DNA of 20,000 nt, taken from IMG/VR virus record IMGVR_UViG_3300031760_000053; one strand, written 5' to 3'. Source of the DNA: an uncultured virus (IMG/VR IMGVR_UViG_3300031760_000053) (taxonomy: Duplodnaviria; Heunggongvirae; Uroviricota; Caudoviricetes). Both the position numbers and the translations under genes were made by a program. A model generated the notes under the pieces. It searched no databases and was not told the DNA's origin. It worked only from the letters and a program-made list of their open reading frames with translations. Of this stretch, positions 10,413-18,618 are shown piece after piece (within the stretch, counting starts at the first letter, position 1; the number at the start of each line of letters is the position of its first letter).

Positions 10413-10424
10413 ATGTATTATACT
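10396..10424 (+). promoter_or_regulatory. Sigma70-like promoter upstream of scaffold/capsid genes
   Basis: TTTACA (10396-10401), 17-nt spacer, TATACT (10419-10424), followed by an AAGGAG RBS. Confidence 0.55.
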
Positions 10425-10443
10425 TCTAAGGAGAGTATAATTT

Positions 10444-11352
10444 ATGAATCTTGATGATTTGAGAGGAAAGTTAAACGAACTCCGCAAGACTTATTCGGGA
10501 GAAGCCCCTCAGGCTACCCCTGAAGAAGGTATTGATAACGGAGCTACGTTAGATACAGCAGAGGGTGGTAACACGGAAGCAGCTGCTACAGGGAGCTTTG
10601 ATGTTTCTATGCCTAACGGTACAGAAATCTCTGGAGAGTTACCTGTTACACCGTCTGCACCAACAGATGCACAACCACCTGCTCCGTCGTATCTTACGAT
10701 GGACAATTTTAACAATGACTTTGGACAGTGGTTCAACAACGACAGTGACTTAGGGGAAGAGCTGTTTAGACAGATGAACATAATGGGTGTCGATACAAAG
10801 ACAGCCACAGAAGCTGCTTTGCGTAATGTGCTAGAGGACGTTGTTAATCGTTCTAGGGCAATTATGCAGCAGCTTTCATTTTTTATTTCAAATGTTATGC
10901 AGCAAACAAACCAGATGTCACAGATGAGTGCGGCGGTAAACAATGCTCTTGCGATGAAGGGCGAACCTATTCCGACTGTAAACATTGGTAATCCGCCCCC
11001 AGATGAGCCGAACTTTGGGGCTATGGGAGAAGCTGGTGCTGGTGCTGGTGCTGAGTTGCCGCCACCAACAGATGCAGGTGCTGGTGGTGAATTACCTCCG
11101 CCAGATGATGGTGGTGGAGAGTTTGAGCCGCCGCCAGATGATGGAGGAGGAGAGTTCGAGCCACCGCCAGAAGGAGTGCCACCAGAGGAAACTCCGTCAG
11201 ATGCTAGAATAAAGAATGTGCAGTCAGGAAAATATGTTGTATCCGATGCACAGGCGAAAAATATTTTCCGTCAAATGAAATCTTATTCTGCAAACGGGAA
11301 TGGCAACCAGAGGTCAAATATTTTGAGTGCTGTTCGCACAGGTTTTAATTGA
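10444..11352 (+). CDS. Putative capsid scaffolding protein with Pro/Gly/acidic repeats and two C-terminal SDxxxKN motifs (302 aa)
   Basis: Strong RBS. Acidic and disordered with a central helical region; two genes upstream of the major capsid gene. Contains SDARIKNV and SDAQAKNI. Confidence 0.55.
   Translation: MNLDDLRGKLNELRKTYSGEAPQATPEEGIDNGATLDTAEGGNTEAAATGSFDVSMPNGTEISGELPVTPSAPTDAQPPAPSYLTMDNFNNDFGQWFNNDSDLGEELFRQMNIMGVDTKTATEAALRNVLEDVVNRSRAIMQQLSFFISNVMQQTNQMSQMSAAVNNALAMKGEPIPTVNIGNPPPDEPNFGAMGEAGAGAGAELPPPTDAGAGGELPPPDDGGGEFEPPPDDGGGEFEPPPEGVPPEETPSDARIKNVQSGKYVVSDAQAKNIFRQMKSYSANGNGNQRSNILSAVRTGFN
11032..11172 (+). repeat. Intragenic Pro/Gly/acidic repeats (GAGAGAELPPP / DDGGGEFEPPP x2)
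   Basis: 33-nt units at 11104-11136 and 11137-11169 encode identical DDGGGEFEPPP with synonymous differences; two degenerate units lie upstream. Confidence 0.85.
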
Positions 11353-11621
11353 TGGCGAAGTTTGATGTTAAAAAGTTGCGAGATACACTTAAATCTAAGT
11401 TTGAAGAATTAGGTTTAAGTGATAAAGATGTTACGGAATTGCTTGATGATGAACATAAGTTCGGAGTTATGGTAGATTCAAATCCTGAATTCATACAGTA
11501 TTTGGATGAAGAAGAAGGCAATGATGATAGTAACAAAGAAGCGCATTTGGATTCTACAGGAATGAATACCGTTCCTGTTGGAAAAGAATCCAAGGAAAAT
11601 ATATTAGCAGCACTTATGTAA
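11352..11621 (+). CDS. Small acidic protein preceding the capsid gene (about 89 aa)
   Basis: TGATG overlap with the scaffold stop; ends KENILAALM. Confidence 0.7.
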   Translation: MAKFDVKKLRDTLKSKFEELGLSDKDVTELLDDEHKFGVMVDSNPEFIQYLDEEEGNDDSNKEAHLDSTGMNTVPVGKESKENILAALM

Positions 11622-11637
11622 CCTATAGGAGATTTAT

Positions 11638-13290
11638 ATGGGAGTAATTACAACCGACTATCTTGAAGGATTGGGAAAACAGGTTTTCATTTATGATTAC
11701 TTGCAGAACGGATTGTTTCCTGGACAGTCTGACATCACTAAGATGATTAGAGCAAGAAAACGTGATTGGAAGTTTAACGACAAATTTGAGTACCGAATGT
11801 TTGTGTCAAACACAAACACTGGTGGTTCTTTGAACTCTCAGGTTTACAAATCTAACGTACATTTGCGCAAGGCGAATGACTTGGAGTATATGACATTTCA
11901 GGCAACATACGGTGCTATCACTGATGGTTTTGATGTAAAGACAACACAGAACTTGGAAACAAAAGAAAAAGAAGCAGCTTTCGTACACGACTACGCAATG
12001 ATGATGCACTCTATGCGTTTGAACATTTCTGCTTTGTTCAAAAACATCTGTATCCACGGTCGTTTTGGAGTTGTACACCAGATTCGTGCATCAATTACAG
12101 CACCTAATGTTCACTCAAGCAAGAACCCTCAGCCGAACGTATTCACACCTGTGCTTGGTGTACCGTTCACAATCAAAGTTCCGAACAACGTATTCCAGTC
12201 AGGATTCAAACGTGGAAAGTATCTTATCAAAACTAAGGAGAACGCTCCTTGGGGTTCTGCGGATGTAGCAGAGTTGTATATGGTTTTGGAAAACCAGCCA
12301 GGACTTTTGTCAATGCTTCCTTGTGGAACAATGGTGTCTGCTTGGGAAGACGGACAGTTCCTTGAAGTTGCTTACAACCGTGAAATTGCAGGACAGCCAG
12401 CAAACGTATTTGACAACTGGACGCCAAGCGGCATCAATGTGGCATCAGGTGCTTTTGCAGGTAAGTATGACCAGTTTACAGGAACAGGTGTTTACACATC
12501 AGGCAACCAAGCTATTACAGGTTCTATGGAAGGTATGGCGGACTTGTTCCCGTGGTATGTAGACCCGAATGATATGTCAACACGTCTTGGTCTTGATTTG
12601 CCGTTCCGTGGACAGCCTAACCGCTTGCGCTACACAGTAGAGCAGTGTGGTCAGTTTGTTATGCAGGAAGAGGACGAGCATATTGCCGATGCTATTATGC
12701 GTGGTTTGGAATTGACAACAATGATGTTGCCAAAGAACAACTGCGTAATGTATATGAACCCAAGAACAATGACCTACTTAGGTTATGAAGAGGGTGCTAC
12801 AGTACAGGCAGTTCGACAGACATCTATCGAAGGACCAATCATCTATCAGCGTGGCGTAAACTCTGTTGACTATCAGGTAGGACCTCGCAGCTTCAAAGAA
12901 GTTGTGTACGACCAGAATATGCCAACAGACGTAATTCTTATCGGACCGAAGAACGATTTGTCTTACAACTGTTGGGACAACTCTATCTTTGAGATTGAGA
13001 AGTACATCAAGGAAACTTGGGGAGATGGTTTGCCACCGAAGATTGACGACCTTGAAATTCCAAATGAAATGATTGCTTCTATCGATATGAGCAAACGTAT
13101 GACTTGGGGTTCACCAGAACTCCGTGATGGTGGTCTTGCACAGTTCAACTTTGGAAACGGAATCCGACACCCAGAGAGTGTTATTCCTGTTGCTATGCAC
13201 GAGATGGGCGCACTCTTCACAGAGTACCCAAGCACTTACACAGTAGTACACTTGCGCAATCCAATTATTGAGTTGCCAACACAGCACTAA
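11638..13290 (+). CDS. Major capsid protein (HK97-fold candidate, 550 aa)
   Basis: TAGGAG RBS; visibly high-expression codon bias (CGT, AAC, TTC); followed by a terminator. The segment TYGAITDGFDV...AAFVHDYAMMMHSMRLNISALFKNICIHGRFG resembles the E-loop/spine-helix region of HK97-fold coat proteins. Confidence 0.75.
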   Translation: MGVITTDYLEGLGKQVFIYDYLQNGLFPGQSDITKMIRARKRDWKFNDKFEYRMFVSNTNTGGSLNSQVYKSNVHLRKANDLEYMTFQATYGAITDGFDVKTTQNLETKEKEAAFVHDYAMMMHSMRLNISALFKNICIHGRFGVVHQIRASITAPNVHSSKNPQPNVFTPVLGVPFTIKVPNNVFQSGFKRGKYLIKTKENAPWGSADVAELYMVLENQPGLLSMLPCGTMVSAWEDGQFLEVAYNREIAGQPANVFDNWTPSGINVASGAFAGKYDQFTGTGVYTSGNQAITGSMEGMADLFPWYVDPNDMSTRLGLDLPFRGQPNRLRYTVEQCGQFVMQEEDEHIADAIMRGLELTTMMLPKNNCVMYMNPRTMTYLGYEEGATVQAVRQTSIEGPIIYQRGVNSVDYQVGPRSFKEVVYDQNMPTDVILIGPKNDLSYNCWDNSIFEIEKYIKETWGDGLPPKIDDLEIPNEMIASIDMSKRMTWGSPELRDGGLAQFNFGNGIRHPESVIPVAMHEMGALFTEYPSTYTVVHLRNPIIELPTQH

Positions 13291-13305
13291 GGAAGGAAGG
13301 AAGGA

Positions 13306-13342
13306 AGCAGCCAGCAAAGAATAGCTGGCTGCTATTGTTTTT
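13306..13342 (+). terminator. Rho-independent terminator after capsid gene
   Basis: Perfect 10-bp stem AGCAGCCAGC (13306-13315) / GCTGGCTGCT (13324-13333), 8-nt loop, then ATTGTTTTT. Confidence 0.8.
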
Positions 13343-14968
13343 ATGAGTGGATTATCCGATTGGGTTAATGCCTTAAAGAATACAGCTTCAATGCCTCTCT
13401 TATCTGATAGTCAAAGAAAATCTATGACTAAAGAAACTTCTGTCGAAGATAATAAAGTAAAAGAGTTTAGACGGCAAGAAGCACAATATTCTGGTAGACA
13501 TATTGATGAGTTTAGACGATTACCAGCTGACAGTGCTATTGAATTTAGTAGAATCGTTGATGAAGAAGTGTCTGCAGGCAGTGCTATTGAATTTAGTAGA
13601 ATCGTTGATGAAGAAGTGCCTGCAAAACAACGAAACTATAACTTAGTACAGGGTCTAAACTTTGAGCAAAGAGGTGGTAAGTCAAAGCTGTCTAAAGTAC
13701 CTACAAACTATGCGAACTATCTAAAAGCAAATTCAAGTTCTCCTAGTGACTATATGACAGCAGCTCAACAAAATCTTGCAACATTGCAAGCACAGTATAA
13801 TACAGCTCTTGCTAAGGCAGGTCCTCTAAAATTTGCTTCAAAAAAAGATATACAGAACTTAGCTTCTACTCGCAGACATATTAGACAAACAGAAAGAACT
13901 CTTGGTTATTTTAACCTAATGAAAAGTACTGGAAACTTAAACTTTCAAGTGTTTGGAACTGGCAAGAATGTAAACTTGAATATGATAAAAACATACCTAG
14001 AAGCCTTTAAAGAAGCCGATAAATCTAGTTCTGCTTCCGATTTAGACTTTAAGGCAGGTGCTGTTCACACTCGTAACTCAGGACGATATGCAGGTGAGCA
14101 GTATGATATTTCTTCTCGACTTCGACGAGGAAAAATTACCAATGGAAAAGATACAAACTTTATAAAATCAGAAGGTGGAGAAGGACATATACAAAAAGTT
14201 GTTTACAATATTCCTTATAGCATTATGGAAGTAACCTTTGCAAAAGGTGGTTATAGAGGAAATGTTTGCGTTTTTTTTGAAGTTCCCGTATCCGTTGCAT
14301 ATCAAATATGTAACGCAATAGAAACCAATGCTACAGTTCCTTTCTACCAAAAAGAGTGGGTACGAGGTAAAAAACTTTGGGTAAAGACAGATAGAGATGA
14401 AGTCCATCTAGCAGGTGTTCTCTTTTGGGATTACATACGAGTAAGAACTACTGTAAGCGGTGTACGATACCCATTTGAGTATATGCCTTCGGCTACGGAT
14501 ATTGAATCTGCTACATCATTGCAAGAGCGAAGCACTCCTGACTCACACGGTATTATGAACTCCGACCCTGTAACAAAGACAAAATCTCGGTCTGTAAAAA
14601 TACAAATATCCATTGGTACAACGCTCAAAGAGATAAAGATACCAATCGAAAGTGGTTGTATGGAAGACGATAACTTTACAGGAAGCGAACTTTATGACAG
14701 TGGTATATTGGGACAAATTCTTGACTGGTACGAAGATGAAGACAGAGATGAGAATGATTTCACTCTTATAAAAAGCCCTAGTACTTTTATCTCGAAAAAA
14801 GAAGAGGTGACAAATCTTATAAAGGATATAACAAATTCTTACGAAAACAAAAGAGATGGTGTTGTAGATGTTCGGAACTTTGGAGCAAATATTGCAAGAC
14901 TAATTGAATATGGTGTGAATCCAGAGGTATTCGAGGAAGTGGTTATAGATGATTTGTACGAACTTTAA
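13343..14968 (+). CDS. Large protein containing an internal KTSC-like domain (541 aa)
   Basis: GHIQKVVYNIPYSIMEVTFAKGG...VFFEVPVSVAYQICNA...AGVLFWDYIR (about 14180-14440) matches the KTSC pattern (I..v.Y.....LeV.F..G..Y.y..VP...y..l..A...G.yf...IR) with an insertion. Confidence 0.65.
   Translation: MSGLSDWVNALKNTASMPLLSDSQRKSMTKETSVEDNKVKEFRRQEAQYSGRHIDEFRRLPADSAIEFSRIVDEEVSAGSAIEFSRIVDEEVPAKQRNYNLVQGLNFEQRGGKSKLSKVPTNYANYLKANSSSPSDYMTAAQQNLATLQAQYNTALAKAGPLKFASKKDIQNLASTRRHIRQTERTLGYFNLMKSTGNLNFQVFGTGKNVNLNMIKTYLEAFKEADKSSSASDLDFKAGAVHTRNSGRYAGEQYDISSRLRRGKITNGKDTNFIKSEGGEGHIQKVVYNIPYSIMEVTFAKGGYRGNVCVFFEVPVSVAYQICNAIETNATVPFYQKEWVRGKKLWVKTDRDEVHLAGVLFWDYIRVRTTVSGVRYPFEYMPSATDIESATSLQERSTPDSHGIMNSDPVTKTKSRSVKIQISIGTTLKEIKIPIESGCMEDDNFTGSELYDSGILGQILDWYEDEDRDENDFTLIKSPSTFISKKEEVTNLIKDITNSYENKRDGVVDVRNFGANIARLIEYGVNPEVFEEVVIDDLYEL
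13531..13624 (+). repeat. 48-nt tandem duplication (SAIEFSRIVDEEV x2)
   Basis: 40 identical nt at 13531-13570 and 13579-13618; period 48 nt, in frame. Confidence 0.95.
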
Positions 14969-14971
14969 CAC

Positions 14972-15000
14972 TAGACAAATTCCTACTAGTAGTTTATAAT
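14972..15000 (+). promoter_or_regulatory. Sigma70-like promoter with palindrome in spacer
   Basis: TAGACA (14972-14977), 17-nt spacer, TATAAT (14995-15000), in an intergenic gap. Perfect palindrome CTACTAGTAG at 14983-14992. Confidence 0.7.
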
Positions 15001-15018
15001 TGAAAGAGGAGAAATCTG

Positions 15019-15255
15019 ATGAGAACTTGTTTTTTGAACAATTACTATATGAAAAATGAGCGAAGTAATAAGCTGTACCAAACAGTTATTATTGACCTTG
15101 CTTTAGCAGGTGCGCTCGACAGGACTATTGCAGAACAACTTTTGGGGTATAAAATCCCTGACAGCATCACTAGTCCTGTATCACTTGAAAAGAAAAAGAC
15201 TTCAAAAAAGTCAAACCTTGTCAAAGTTGAAAAAACGGAAGATGCCACAGAATGA
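15019..15255 (+). CDS. Hypothetical protein (78 aa)
   Basis: AGGAG RBS 7 nt upstream; ATGA overlap with the next gene. An alternative start exists at 15049. Confidence 0.65.
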   Translation: MRTCFLNNYYMKNERSNKLYQTVIIDLALAGALDRTIAEQLLGYKIPDSITSPVSLEKKKTSKKSNLVKVEKTEDATE

Positions 15256-15473
15256 TTACGATGGAAGAAGTGAACCAAGCATTAAGAGATACTTGGACAC
15301 TAGAACTAAAAAAAGAAGAGAGCTTACCAAAACAACTTGCAAAAAGCTACAAGGCTTGGGTTCGAGGTTTGATACAAAATGCTGCAGCAGGATTGCAACA
15401 GAATGAAGCAGCAGGTGCTAATGACCAAGAAGCTGCTCAGGGTGCTGGTGGCGGTGAAGCTCCTCAGGAGTAA
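15252..15473 (+). CDS. Hypothetical protein (73 aa)
   Basis: Translationally coupled start; helical N-terminus and A/G/Q-rich tail. Confidence 0.65.
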   Translation: MITMEEVNQALRDTWTLELKKEESLPKQLAKSYKAWVRGLIQNAAAGLQQNEAAGANDQEAAQGAGGGEAPQE

Positions 15474-15477
15474 ATAA

Positions 15478-17001
15478 ATGAGTACGTTTACACAGTGGAA
15501 TGGACCAGGCGAGATAGGTGGTCGAATACATATAAAAGAGCTTACAGAGATGTACGATGCGTTCAAGCAACTCTCTACTGAGATTCACGCGCATATCAAT
15601 GATGCTGTTGGTGCGACGTACACTCTTGATAGTAGTACGGACAAGTATACCGTATCTGGAGGTAACTGGGCGCACGGATTTGACAAGGCTCTTGAGAACC
15701 TCTTGAACACGATTCATTCAAAGGTTTCAGCTTTAACAACCACTGTGAATAACAATCAGGCTGCTCTTAAAGATACTAGTGGTACAAAATTAGCTGCTGA
15801 CACTGTGCTTTATTCCAAGTCAGAAGTGGATAGTTTACTTGCAAATAAAGCAAATACGTTTACAGTAGAAACCGAAGTAAAATCATCTGGTAATCCTGTT
15901 TCTGCCACTGCTGTACAGACGGCTTTGGATAAGAAGCAAGACACTCTAACCTTTGCTACTACAGTTGCTGATGGCGACACTAATCCTGTGACAGCTGATG
16001 CTGTATACGACGCCCTTGCAGATTATATTCCAACTTCAAAATTGGGGAACTTAAATAATTACGCAACGATTGGTGCATATATAAAAGCTGTGGCAGATTC
16101 TGTGGCAAAACTTCCTACAGTCAATTCTATTTACGGAAAAAACGAGCCTACAGATTCAGAAAAAAATCTTTTATCTCAGATACAAACAGCTACTAACAAC
16201 ATCTCTATTTTAACATCTGCAATAAAAACTCTTTTCAAAACGAGTGGTGATGGCAAAGTCACAACAGAGTTGAAGCCTGGTGTCTTCAAAGATATGAACT
16301 TAGCTGTAGCAGATTTTGATGCTTCCTCTGCTGACGTTGCTGGACAGACGAGTACAAAAAGCCTAAAGACAGATGATGTATACGCCAAAGATAAAAACTA
16401 TATCGATGTGCATAATGATGTAGTCTTTAGGGGTACTGTCAAAGTAAGCGACAAGCCGCTTGCTACAGAAGCGTTTGTACAGAGTCAGGTACAATCACAG
16501 GTCGCTACTCAGATGGACGGTAGCTATGCTACTAAGACAGAGCTGGCTGCTACTAAGCAGGAATTGGCGGCTACCGACCGTAAGTTATCCAACGATATTG
16601 ACGACGCAACTGACAATCTTAACAACCGAATCTCCGAAACAGCTGCCGACCTTAGTGAACAAATCTCTGAAACGAAAGAAGCAATACGCAAGGGCAAAGT
16701 TCCTGTGGGGGACACTATGCGTTGGGGCGATGCTGAATTGGAATCTCGTAGCGTACGCTCTACTACGCCGTTTACCTTTACTTTTAAAGGAAAGCAGCAT
16801 ACCATCAATCCAAAAGATGCTACGGTGGAATTGTACATTGCTAAGAATGTACCAGAGGGCTGGCACGCTCTTGATGGTTCTGTAGAGCTTAGTGCAAGTG
16901 AATATCCAGAGCTTGCGGCTGTTATGAAGGAAAATGTTACGACCGATAAAAAAATATGGTTACCTTATGTCGCAGGACAGATTATAAAGATTATAGCATA
17001 G
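15478..17001 (+). CDS. Tail fibre protein with NPV-type repeats, coiled coil and C-terminal tail-collar domain (507 aa)
   Basis: Repeats KSSGNPVSATAVQTAL / DGDTNPVTADAVYDAL. The C-terminus VPVGDTMRW...VPEGWHALDGSVELSASEYPELAAVM...IWLP...IIKI matches the phage tail collar pattern. Confidence 0.75.
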   Translation: MSTFTQWNGPGEIGGRIHIKELTEMYDAFKQLSTEIHAHINDAVGATYTLDSSTDKYTVSGGNWAHGFDKALENLLNTIHSKVSALTTTVNNNQAALKDTSGTKLAADTVLYSKSEVDSLLANKANTFTVETEVKSSGNPVSATAVQTALDKKQDTLTFATTVADGDTNPVTADAVYDALADYIPTSKLGNLNNYATIGAYIKAVADSVAKLPTVNSIYGKNEPTDSEKNLLSQIQTATNNISILTSAIKTLFKTSGDGKVTTELKPGVFKDMNLAVADFDASSADVAGQTSTKSLKTDDVYAKDKNYIDVHNDVVFRGTVKVSDKPLATEAFVQSQVQSQVATQMDGSYATKTELAATKQELAATDRKLSNDIDDATDNLNNRISETAADLSEQISETKEAIRKGKVPVGDTMRWGDAELESRSVRSTTPFTFTFKGKQHTINPKDATVELYIAKNVPEGWHALDGSVELSASEYPELAAVMKENVTTDKKIWLPYVAGQIIKIIA

Positions 17002-17009
17002 GAGTTTAT

Positions 17010-17678
17010 ATGAGTACACAGATACTTGGCAATATCGAACTTGTAACAAAACAAGAAGTTGAAGGTATGCTCGAAGAGGTTGTTGTTTCAGAGCAGACTA
17101 TTGACGATAAAATCGCAGTTGAGAAAGAGAACAGAGAAACGGCAGTAGCATCTGTCAGAGCTGTAATTGAACAGGCTAAGACTTCTCAGCTTGCAGATAA
17201 GGCAGAACTCGACGACAAAATTACAGATGAAGCTGCTATTCGTGACGGAAGAGATAAGGGCATCGAAGAAAATCTTGCAAAAGAAATTGGTGAGCGCAAA
17301 GCTGCTGACCAGAGTTTGCTTGAAACCCTGACAAAGATGCACGAGGACAATCATACATTTCAGGAAGACGCATACGCTTTTTCGTTTGTAGAAAAGCTCA
17401 AGGGCTTGCCTATTGCTATGATTACAGTTACAAACACTGATAAGTCATTGCACGTGGGCGATACCATTACAACAATCGACGAGGATTACTTCCCCAAGCG
17501 TTCTGTAGATTTCATTATGTACTCAGAGCAGCTTGACAGTGTGGGCGCAAGCAAGACTGTTATGCTTGTTCTCCGTCTTGACAACGACGGAAACGTAAAG
17601 GTTGTAAATATGGTTGATGTTGCTACTGCAACATCTGTGACTGACGAAGCAAGTGCAGTGTACTTTACGGAGCGTTAA
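17010..17678 (+). CDS. Fibre-like protein: E..R..D coiled-coil repeats plus C-terminal beta domain (222 aa)
   Basis: The GGAG RBS supports the ATG at 17010 rather than 16956. EAAIRDGRD and EIGERKAAD repeats are typical of trimeric fibre stalks. Confidence 0.6.
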   Translation: MSTQILGNIELVTKQEVEGMLEEVVVSEQTIDDKIAVEKENRETAVASVRAVIEQAKTSQLADKAELDDKITDEAAIRDGRDKGIEENLAKEIGERKAADQSLLETLTKMHEDNHTFQEDAYAFSFVEKLKGLPIAMITVTNTDKSLHVGDTITTIDEDYFPKRSVDFIMYSEQLDSVGASKTVMLVLRLDNDGNVKVVNMVDVATATSVTDEASAVYFTER

Positions 17679-17680
17679 TT

Positions 17681-17965
17681 ATGGCATATTGTGCAACAGG
17701 AAGTGTAAGTATCGCTGACTGGGCGGAAATCAAAAAGCTCTGCAAGCAAATGCAGGATATGATTGATGCTCGTTTCCGCCAGTTAGATACTGATACAATG
17801 CAGAACTTGAAGAACAAGCTGTCTACGTTTGAAACTAGCATAAATGAATTGCAGGTTCACGATGCTGTACAAGACAAACGGATTGATGACTTGGAAGAAG
17901 TAAGTGCTAACACTCCTCTTACGACAAGTGAGGTGTTGGAGATGTGGCAAGGTGGGAACGAATGA
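17681..17965 (+). CDS. Small coiled-coil protein (94 aa)
   Basis: GGAG RBS; heptad pattern; ends PLTTSEVLEMWQGGNE. Confidence 0.7.
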   Translation: MAYCATGSVSIADWAEIKKLCKQMQDMIDARFRQLDTDTMQNLKNKLSTFETSINELQVHDAVQDKRIDDLEEVSANTPLTTSEVLEMWQGGNE

Positions 17966-18618
17966 AAAGTATCAAATACTTAGGAATGAGAGGTACTCAA
18001 GACCTTATAAACCTTATCAAAGCTGACCTTGACCTAAAACAAAACTTGCTACAATTTGCAGCTATGCCAAACTATGCAGATTATATCGGCAAGATTGTTC
18101 AGTACACAGGTAAAACAAACGAACAGTTTACGATGGGGCATTTCTATAAGAGCAATGGCTTTTCGTGGTATGAGATTTATTCATCGATTACCATCAAAGG
18201 TTTTGAGCTTGTAGATGCGCTTCCAGCTCTTGAAGATGCTGAGTGGAACATTATGTACTTTTTGGCAGACAAGAAGTTCCACACATTGAAAAGTTACGTG
18301 AGAGGGGACGACCAGTACTACGAGGTCGGCACTACAAAGTCTTGGGAAATTGTAGATGCTATTCCTGATTGGAATAAAGCAAATCCCAACGTGATTTATT
18401 TTATGCTTAAAGACAGATGTCTTGTAGGGCATATCAAAAATGAGAATGAAGAAGGAAAATTTGATGTTGTAGGCGACAATGTAATGCAGAAAGTTACATT
18501 GCTAAACGAAGACGGAGAACTTGGCGATGCAGAATATGTGAACGCAAACGACATTGAGTTTGAGTGCATACCTGCTAGTAGCATAGAGAAAGCTGTCGGA
18601 GAGGTGTGGGATGTTTAA
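17962..18618 (+). CDS. Putative fibre/appendage protein with two VDxLP repeats (218 aa)
   Basis: ATGA overlap supports the start at 17962. Repeats FELVDALPALEDAEWNIMYFL / WEIVDAIPDWNKANPNVIYFM. Confidence 0.6.
   Translation: MKSIKYLGMRGTQDLINLIKADLDLKQNLLQFAAMPNYADYIGKIVQYTGKTNEQFTMGHFYKSNGFSWYEIYSSITIKGFELVDALPALEDAEWNIMYFLADKKFHTLKSYVRGDDQYYEVGTTKSWEIVDAIPDWNKANPNVIYFMLKDRCLVGHIKNENEEGKFDVVGDNVMQKVTLLNEDGELGDAEYVNANDIEFECIPASSIEKAVGEVWDV

Noticed and set aside
11338..11354. Programmed -1 frameshift fusing scaffold to the next gene at A GGT TTT
   Set aside because: The -1 frame hits TAA immediately (AGG TTT TAA); TGATG coupling explains the junction.
13531..13624. CRISPR-like or DGR template/variable repeat interpretation of the direct repeats (also 18939-19220)
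   Set aside because: The repeats are in-frame, tandem and coding, with no unique spacers, no adenine-specific mismatch pattern and no reverse transcriptase or cas gene in the window.
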